NCBI GenBank assembly: GCA_965248835.1
Contig: CBDFLJ010000001.1
Coordinates: 1,728,001-1,792,000 of the forward strand
Length of the DNA: 64,000 nucleotides
From: Alphaproteobacteria bacterium
GTDB taxonomy: Bacteria > Pseudomonadota > Alphaproteobacteria > MPNO01
Direction of reading: 5' to 3'
Program-made: the position numbers and the translations under genes
Part shown: piece after piece, positions 58,405 to 64,000 of the stretch
How the letters are laid out: the number at the start of each line of letters is the position of its first letter
Numbering within the stretch: the stretch's first letter is position 1
The notes under the pieces: generated by a model
Databases searched by the model: none
The model's input: the letters and a program-made list of their open reading frames with translations, nothing else
What the model was told of the DNA's origin: nothing

Positions 58405-59364
58405 TCAGCGGCTGCAGGCACCGCCGCCGAGGACACAGAACCGCGCGCAGTGGGGGTGGTTGAGCTTCACCGGGCGCGAGGCCTCGCCGAGCGTCCGGCC
58501 GAGGTCGAACTGCCGGTCGTAGGGCAGCAGCGTGCAGGCGACCACGCTCGGCGCCTCGCCCTTGCGCTTGACCACCATGCGCGAGGTCGCGCACATCATC
58601 GCCCCCGGCGCGACGTCGAGCACCGACCAGCACGCCTCGGTGATCTCCGGCACGTCGGCGGTCTCGTCCATTTCGGGCAGCAGCATCAGCTTGACCGGGT
58701 CGGTGACCTCCAGCCCGATGCCCTCGCGCGCGAACAGCCGGCCGAACCCGGCGCGCAAGGCGGCCTCGTCTTCTTCCCAGCAGGTCCGCCCGGCGACATG
58801 GGCGTTGAACCGGTTTTCGATCAGCCAGTGCAGGCCTTCGAGCGCCGGGCGCCAACTCCGCGGGCCGCGCTCGGCCTCGTGCAGGTCCGGGCCGTAATGG
58901 TCGATCGACACGCGGATGGTCAGCCGGTCGCCGAACCGGTCTCTCAGCGACAGCAGCGGCGCGGCGCATTTCATCATCGGCCGCATCGCATTGGTCAGGA
59001 CCAGCACGGAGAACCCGCGCGCGAGGCAGGTCTCGATGATCGGGACGATGTCCGGGTTCATGAACGGCTCGCCGCCGGTCAGCCCGATCTCGCGGGTCGT
59101 GCCGGGCGGATCGGCTGCCGCGATCTCATCGAGATAGCCGATCACCTCCTCGCGCGTGATATAGGCCAGCCGGTCGTTCTTCGGGCTGGATTCGACATAG
59201 CAGTTGCGGCAGGTCAGGTTGCACAGCGTGCCGGTGTTGAACCACAGCGTCTCCAGCGCATCGAGTGCGACCGAGGCGCGCGGCTCGCCGCCGGCGGTCT
59301 TGTCGGGGTCGCGGAACTTCGCCGGATCCAGCATGGCCGGTCCGGCGTCGGCGAGACTCTTCAT
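58405..59364 (-). CDS. Radical SAM protein
   Basis: CNLTCRNC, TGGEPF, LTN, VSIDH; extra C-terminal Cys (EAC, MMC, ACT, HCARFC, GAC). Confidence 0.85.
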   Translation of the reverse strand: MKSLADAGPAMLDPAKFRDPDKTAGGEPRASVALDALETLWFNTGTLCNLTCRNCYVESSPKNDRLAYITREEVIGYLDEIAAADPPGTTREIGLTGGEPFMNPDIVPIIETCLARGFSVLVLTNAMRPMMKCAAPLLSLRDRFGDRLTIRVSIDHYGPDLHEAERGPRSWRPALEGLHWLIENRFNAHVAGRTCWEEDEAALRAGFGRLFAREGIGLEVTDPVKLMLLPEMDETADVPEITEACWSVLDVAPGAMMCATSRMVVKRKGEAPSVVACTLLPYDRQFDLGRTLGEASRPVKLNHPHCARFCVLGGGACSR

Positions 59365-59577
59365 CGAAATCCAATCCTCGGCCCCGGGCCCGGAACCTGT
59401 TCCGTGCCGGTATAGCCGAGCGCTCGCGCCCACGGTAGCCAAACATTTCGTGAGCGAAAACGACACCGCAACATCCCTGCTGCACTGGCGCGCCAAACCG
59501 CCGGGTGTACAATCCGGAAACGGGAACGCGTGTAGCTTAAGCATGATCGGACCCACTCGCAGAGGAGGACATGCGCG

Positions 59578-60237
59578 ATGACGCTCAGAATCAATTCGGA
59601 GGCCCCGAACTTCAACGCCGAGACCACCGATGGACCCATCGAGTTCCATCAATGGATCGGTGATAGCTGGGCCATCCTGTTCTCTCACCCGAAGGACTTC
59701 ACGCCGGTGTGCACGACCGAGCTCGGCTACATGGCCGGACTCGCGCCGGAATTCGCGAAGCGCAACACCAAGATCCTCGGCCTCAGCGTCGATCCCATCG
59801 GCAGCCACAAGGAGTGGTTCAAGGACATCGAGGAGACCCAGGGCAACAAGGTGACCTATCCGCTGGTCGGCGATCCGCAGCTCGATGTCGCCAAGCTCTA
59901 CGACATGCTGCCCGAGGGCGCGGGGGAAAGTTCCGACGGCAGGACCGCGGCCGATAACGCCACCGTCCGCTCGGTCTTCGTGATCGGCCCGGACAAGAAG
60001 ATCAAGGCGATGCTGACCTATCCCATGAGCACCGGCCGGAACTTCGACGAGGTCATGCGGCTGCTCGATTCGGTTCAGCTCACCGCCAGGCACGCGATCG
60101 CGACGCCGGTCAACTGGCAGAACGGCGAGGACTGCATCATCCTGACCTCGGTCTCCGACGAGGAGGCGGCGAAGAAGTATCCCAACGGCTGGAAGGCGCC
60201 CAGACCGTATCTGCGGATCGTCCCGCAGCCGAGCTAG
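59578..60237 (+). CDS. 1-Cys peroxiredoxin (Prx6)
   Basis: FSHPKDFTPVCTTE, YPMSTGRNFDE, TPVNW. Confidence 0.92.
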   Translation: MTLRINSEAPNFNAETTDGPIEFHQWIGDSWAILFSHPKDFTPVCTTELGYMAGLAPEFAKRNTKILGLSVDPIGSHKEWFKDIEETQGNKVTYPLVGDPQLDVAKLYDMLPEGAGESSDGRTAADNATVRSVFVIGPDKKIKAMLTYPMSTGRNFDEVMRLLDSVQLTARHAIATPVNWQNGEDCIILTSVSDEEAAKKYPNGWKAPRPYLRIVPQPS

Positions 60238-60425
60238 AGCCGGGTCACCCTGTCGGGAGGCGCACCGAGCGCGCGCAGGCAGTGCGCGTGCGCCTCCTGC
60301 TCGGCCGCTTCGGCGGATGGGTGCGGGCCGCCCATCTGTATGCGCTGTCCGTTCTGCCAGGCCGACCACAGATAATCCGTCGTCCCGTCGCGGTTGGCCC
60401 ACTGCTCGATCATCACCTCCAGCAT
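60234..60425 (-). CDS. Small hypothetical protein (63 aa)
   Basis: MLEVMIEQWANRDG...PDRVTRL directly downstream of the oxidoreductase; protein-like composition. Confidence 0.55.
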   Translation of the reverse strand: MLEVMIEQWANRDGTTDYLWSAWQNGQRIQMGGPHPSAEAAEQEAHAHCLRALGAPPDRVTRL

Positions 60426-60439
60426 CGCCGGTGCCCGCC

Positions 60440-61324
60440 CTATCGCCTCTGGTAGCGCGTGATCAGCGCCGCGCAATCCTCGCGCGCATGTCCGGCGTCC
60501 ATCGCCGCGCCGTAAATGCGAGCGGCGAGGTCGGTGATCGGCAACTCTGCGCCGACCGATGCCGCAAGCGTGCGGGCGTTCTGCGCGTCCTTGTGCATGG
60601 TCGCCAGATGGCCCAGCGGGTTGTCGAAGGTGCGCGCGATCATGCGCGGCGCGAAGAGCTGGAACGGGATCGAATCGGCGAAACCGCCCTGCAGCGCCTC
60701 GGGCAGCTTCGCCGCGTCGACACCGGCGCGCTCGGCGAGCGCCAGGGCCTCGGCGACGACCGCCAGATTGCACGACACGATCACCTGGTTGCACAGTTTT
60801 GCAACCTGGCCGGCGCCGATATCGCCCATATGGGTGACACGCCGGCTGAACGAGGCGAGGATCGGCCGCACGGAATCGACATCCTCGGCCCGCCCGCCGG
60901 CCATGATCGCCAGGCTCGCCTGCTCGGCGCCAGGGACGCCGCCGGAGACCGGCGCGTCGATCCAGCGCATGCCGGTCTCGTTTGCCAGTCGGGCGGCCAT
61001 CGCCCGCGTCTCGGCGACGCCGATCGACGACAGATCGACCAGCAGCTTGCCGGGGGCCGCACCGGCGGCGATCCCATCGGCGCCGAAGACCACCTGCTCG
61101 ACCGCCGCGCTGTCGCTCACACACGTCATCACGACCGCAGCGCCGCGGGTCAGCGCGGCCGGGCTGTCGGCGGTCGCGGCCCCGGCCGCGGCGAGGGGCG
61201 CGTATTTCTCGGCCGAGCGATTCCACACCGTCAAGGCGTGGCCCGCGGCCAGCAGGTTGTGCGTCATCGGCCGGCCCATCAGGCCGAGGCCGATGAAGCC
61301 CAGCTTCGTGTCCGCATCGGGCAT
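60440..61324 (-). CDS. NAD(P)-dependent oxidoreductase, 3-hydroxyisobutyrate dehydrogenase family
   Basis: GFIGLGLMG, DAPVSGG, GQVAKLCNQ, HKD. Confidence 0.9.
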   Translation of the reverse strand: MPDADTKLGFIGLGLMGRPMTHNLLAAGHALTVWNRSAEKYAPLAAAGAATADSPAALTRGAAVVMTCVSDSAAVEQVVFGADGIAAGAAPGKLLVDLSSIGVAETRAMAARLANETGMRWIDAPVSGGVPGAEQASLAIMAGGRAEDVDSVRPILASFSRRVTHMGDIGAGQVAKLCNQVIVSCNLAVVAEALALAERAGVDAAKLPEALQGGFADSIPFQLFAPRMIARTFDNPLGHLATMHKDAQNARTLAASVGAELPITDLAARIYGAAMDAGHAREDCAALITRYQRR

Positions 61325-61449
61325 TATCCCGCCTCCCCCAAGCACCGGATCATGACCCCAGTATAGCTCTCGTTCCGCGCCGCGGTCAGCCGTGGCGCTT
61401 GCCAGCGCACCGGCGTGTGGGCTATCGGGACCACGCAGGGAGACCGGCC

Positions 61450-61920
61450 ATGACCACCGAAGACCACATGCGGCGGGCGATCGGCCTGTCCGAGGAGATG
61501 ATGCGGGCGAACCGCGGCGGGCCGTTCGGAGCGGTCGTCGTCAAGGACGGCGAGGTCATCGCGGAGGGGTTCAACAAGGTCACCTCCGACAACGACCCGA
61601 CCGCGCACGCGGAGATTGTCGCAATCCGCGCAGCGTGCATCCGGCTTGCGTCGTTCTCGCTGGAGGGTTGCGAGATCTACACCTCCTGCGAGCCCTGCCC
61701 GATGTGTCTGGCGGCGATCTACTGGGCGCGGATCGGACGCATCTATTACGCCAACACCCGCCGGGATGCTGCCGAGATCGGGTTCGACGACGATCATATC
61801 TATCGCGAGATCGCGCTGCCGATCGCCGCGCGCGCCGTGCAGATGGACCGCCTGCTGGCCGAGGACGCCGCCCCGGCCTTTCGCGAATGGGAAGCCCGGA
61901 CGAACAAAATCCGCTATTGA
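61450..61920 (+). CDS. Guanine deaminase (cytidine-deaminase fold)
   Basis: GGPFGA, PTAHAE, EPCPMC, GFDD, C-terminal Tyr. Confidence 0.85.
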   Translation: MTTEDHMRRAIGLSEEMMRANRGGPFGAVVVKDGEVIAEGFNKVTSDNDPTAHAEIVAIRAACIRLASFSLEGCEIYTSCEPCPMCLAAIYWARIGRIYYANTRRDAAEIGFDDDHIYREIALPIAARAVQMDRLLAEDAAPAFREWEARTNKIRY

Positions 61921-61946
61921 TGTCGCCGGGTTAACCGGAGCTTGGC

Positions 61947-63659
61947 ATGAGCCTCACCAGAGCCTCGCTGGCCAAACGCATCGACCAGGCCCTCGGCCGA
62001 AGCCGGGCGGATGTCGTCATCAAGGGCGCGCGCATCCTCAACCTGGCGACCGGTGTGCCGGAGGACGGCGACATCGCGATCGCCGATGAGGTGATCGTCG
62101 GCACCCATGACGACTATGCCGGCGATTTGACCATCGATGGCCGCGGCGCGGTCGTGGTTCCGGGCTTCATCGACACCCATGTCCATGTCGAGAGCACCTG
62201 CGTCACGCCGGCGGAGTTCGACCGCTGCGCGCTGCCGAAGGGGACGACGACGGCGATCTGCGATCCCCATGAGATCGTCAACGTGTTGGGAACCCAGGGG
62301 CTGGAATATTTCTTCGACAGCGCCGGCGATCTGGTGATGGACCTGCGGGTCCAGCTTTCGAGCTGCGTGCCCTCGACCGCGCTGGAGACCGCGGGTGCGC
62401 GGCTGAGCGCCGAGGATCTGGTGCGCTACCGCGACCGCGCGCCGGTCGTCGGACTCGCCGAGTTCATGAGCTTCGGCGACATCTTCGCCCATGACGGGCC
62501 GACGCTCGACAAGCTGATCGCCTTCGAGGGCGCCCATATCGACGGCCACGCGCCGCTGCTGTCGGGCTATGAGCTCAACGCCTATGCGTCCTGCGGCATC
62601 CACAACTGCCACGAGAGCACCAGCCTCGCCGAGGCGGAGGAAAAGCTGCGCAAGGGCTTCCAGGTGCTGGTGCGCGACGGCAGCGCGTGCAAGGACGCCG
62701 CTACGCTGGCGCCGCTGTTGAGCATGGAAACCTCGCCCTTCATCGCCTTCTGCACCGATGACCGCAACCCGTTGGACATCGCCGAGGAGGGCCATCTCGA
62801 TCACGTCATCCGCACGGTCATCGCATCGGGCGCGCCGGCCGCGGCGGCCTATCGCGCGGCGACCTGGTCGGCGGCCCAGGGGTTCGGCCTGCGCGACCGC
62901 GGACTGGTTGCCCCGGGATATCGGGCCGATCTGGTGCTGCTCGACGACCTGGAGACCTGTCGGGTGCGGGATGTGATCCGTAGCGGCGCCCTGGTCCGGG
63001 AGGACCGCTTCCCCGACCGTTCGCACGCGCGGCCGCCGGTGGGCTACGGATCGGTCCGGCTCGACCCGGTCGATGTCTCGGCCTTCGCCGTTCCATCCGC
63101 CGGGCCGACGGGCCCGGTCATCGGCGTCATCCCGGGCGCCGTGCTGACCGAGCATCTGCGGATGAGCCTGCCCTATGGCGGCGGCCTGCGCGAGCGCGAC
63201 CTCGACCAGGATGTGCTCAAGGTCTGCGTCTTCTCGCGCCACGGCAAGAACCGCAATGTCGGGCGCGGCTTCGTCAAGGGATTCGGGCTCAAACGCGGCG
63301 CGCTCGCCTCGAGCGTCGGCCATGACAGCCACAATGTGATCACGCTGGGCTGCACGGACTCCGACATGGCGGCGGCGGTCAACCGGTTGATCGAGATCCA
63401 GGGCGGGTTCGTCGCCGTCGCCGAGGGCAGCGTCGTCGCCGAGCTGGCGCTGCCGGTCGCCGGCCTGATCAGCGACAAGCCGTTCGAGGACGTGCGCGAG
63501 GGGCTGCGCGCCCTACGCCGCGCGGTGGCCGACCTCGGCTGCCCGCTGGCCGAGCCGCTGCTGCAGCTCGCATTCCTGCCCCTGCCGGTGATCCCGCACC
63601 TCAAGATCACCGATCACGGTCTGGTCGATGTCGACCGGTTCGAGCTGATCGCGGCGTAG
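61947..63659 (+). CDS. ade: Adenine deaminase
   Basis: HVHVES, DPHEIVNV, DGHAP, HES, CTDDR, SVGHDSHN, LPVIPHLKIT. Confidence 0.92.
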   Translation: MSLTRASLAKRIDQALGRSRADVVIKGARILNLATGVPEDGDIAIADEVIVGTHDDYAGDLTIDGRGAVVVPGFIDTHVHVESTCVTPAEFDRCALPKGTTTAICDPHEIVNVLGTQGLEYFFDSAGDLVMDLRVQLSSCVPSTALETAGARLSAEDLVRYRDRAPVVGLAEFMSFGDIFAHDGPTLDKLIAFEGAHIDGHAPLLSGYELNAYASCGIHNCHESTSLAEAEEKLRKGFQVLVRDGSACKDAATLAPLLSMETSPFIAFCTDDRNPLDIAEEGHLDHVIRTVIASGAPAAAAYRAATWSAAQGFGLRDRGLVAPGYRADLVLLDDLETCRVRDVIRSGALVREDRFPDRSHARPPVGYGSVRLDPVDVSAFAVPSAGPTGPVIGVIPGAVLTEHLRMSLPYGGGLRERDLDQDVLKVCVFSRHGKNRNVGRGFVKGFGLKRGALASSVGHDSHNVITLGCTDSDMAAAVNRLIEIQGGFVAVAEGSVVAELALPVAGLISDKPFEDVREGLRALRRAVADLGCPLAEPLLQLAFLPLPVIPHLKITDHGLVDVDRFELIAA

Positions 63660-64000
63660 GTCTCGGCAGCCCTGCCGGCCAGCCGCATGGTTTCGGCCTC
63701 CAGCGCGGCCGCGGGGGCGACATGGTTGACCAGGCCGATCTCCCGCGCGCGGCCGGCATCGTAGGTCCGCCCTTCGAGCACGATCTCCAAGGCCCGCGCG
63801 CGGCCGACCAGGCGCACCAATCCGTCGACGAACGTCCTGTCGAGGAACAGGCCGATGATCTTTGGCGAGACCCGGAAGACCGCCTCGGCGGCGGCGATCC
63901 GCAGATCGCAATGGCAGGCGATGTCGACCCCGCTGCCCATGCAATAGCCTTCGATCATCGCGATCGTGGGCATGGGCAGCGCAGCCAGCCGGCCGGTCGC
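63614..64000 (-). CDS. Enoyl-CoA hydratase/isomerase family protein (5' end outside window, C-terminus apparently truncated)
   Basis: PTIAMIEGYCMGSG, CDLRIA, LVGRARA, AREIGLVN; overlaps the ade 3' end by 46 nt. Confidence 0.75.
   Translation of the reverse strand, partial: ATGRLAALPMPTIAMIEGYCMGSGVDIACHCDLRIAAAEAVFRVSPKIIGLFLDRTFVDGLVRLVGRARALEIVLEGRTYDAGRAREIGLVNHVAPAAALEAETMRLAGRAAETYAAISSNRSTSTRP

Noticed and set aside
58349-58407. Selenocysteine read-through at the radical SAM TGA stop with a nearby hairpin
   Set aside because: The TGA follows a natural-looking C-terminus (GGGACSR), the downstream frame is not protein-like, and the hairpin fits a terminator.
61325-61449. Purine riboswitch upstream of the guanine/adenine deaminase pair
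   Set aside because: No recognisable aptamer consensus in this short divergent intergenic region.
343-63332. Many long antisense or alternate-frame ORFs (e.g. 6286-9831 +, 28364-31384 -, 46694-49198 +)
   Set aside because: Shadow ORFs typical of high-GC DNA; they overlap well-supported genes and have low-complexity R/A/G/P-rich translations without motifs.

Overview
High-GC bacterial chromosome segment, most consistent with an alphaproteobacterium (class I LysRS, alphaproteobacterial-type DinG, TRAP transporter). Apart from a few housekeeping genes (lysS, dinG, pduO-type adenosyltransferase, 1-Cys peroxiredoxin, guanine and adenine deaminases), it is packed with aromatic/heterocycle catabolic enzymes: three UbiD-family (de)carboxylases, two Rieske oxygenases, several ring-cleavage dioxygenases, many amidohydrolases, CoA ligases, and TRAP and DMT transporters. 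The most notable signal is at 43.2-45.0 kb. A stand-alone reductive-dehalogenase-like 2x[4Fe-4S] gene is followed by an iodothyronine-deiodinase-like gene, which the ORF track splits at an in-frame TGA. That TGA sits exactly at the catalytic selenocysteine position (FGSYT-U-PP) and is followed by a SECIS-like hairpin. The pair is divergent from a UbiD/flavin-monooxygenase unit, suggesting a possible halo-aromatic dehalogenation module (inference). The region 45-52 kb is a decay zone: a Sel1-PG-binding gene with an amputated trypsin domain, an amidohydrolase/TauE chimera, an IS481-like remnant, nfeD-SPFH-SPFH genes and a tRNA-Arg(CCT) 3' fragment (att-like). Other short orphan gene fragments (MetE-like, VapB-like) and two homopolymer frameshifts are also present. 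All calls come from motif recognition by eye; no database searches were run.
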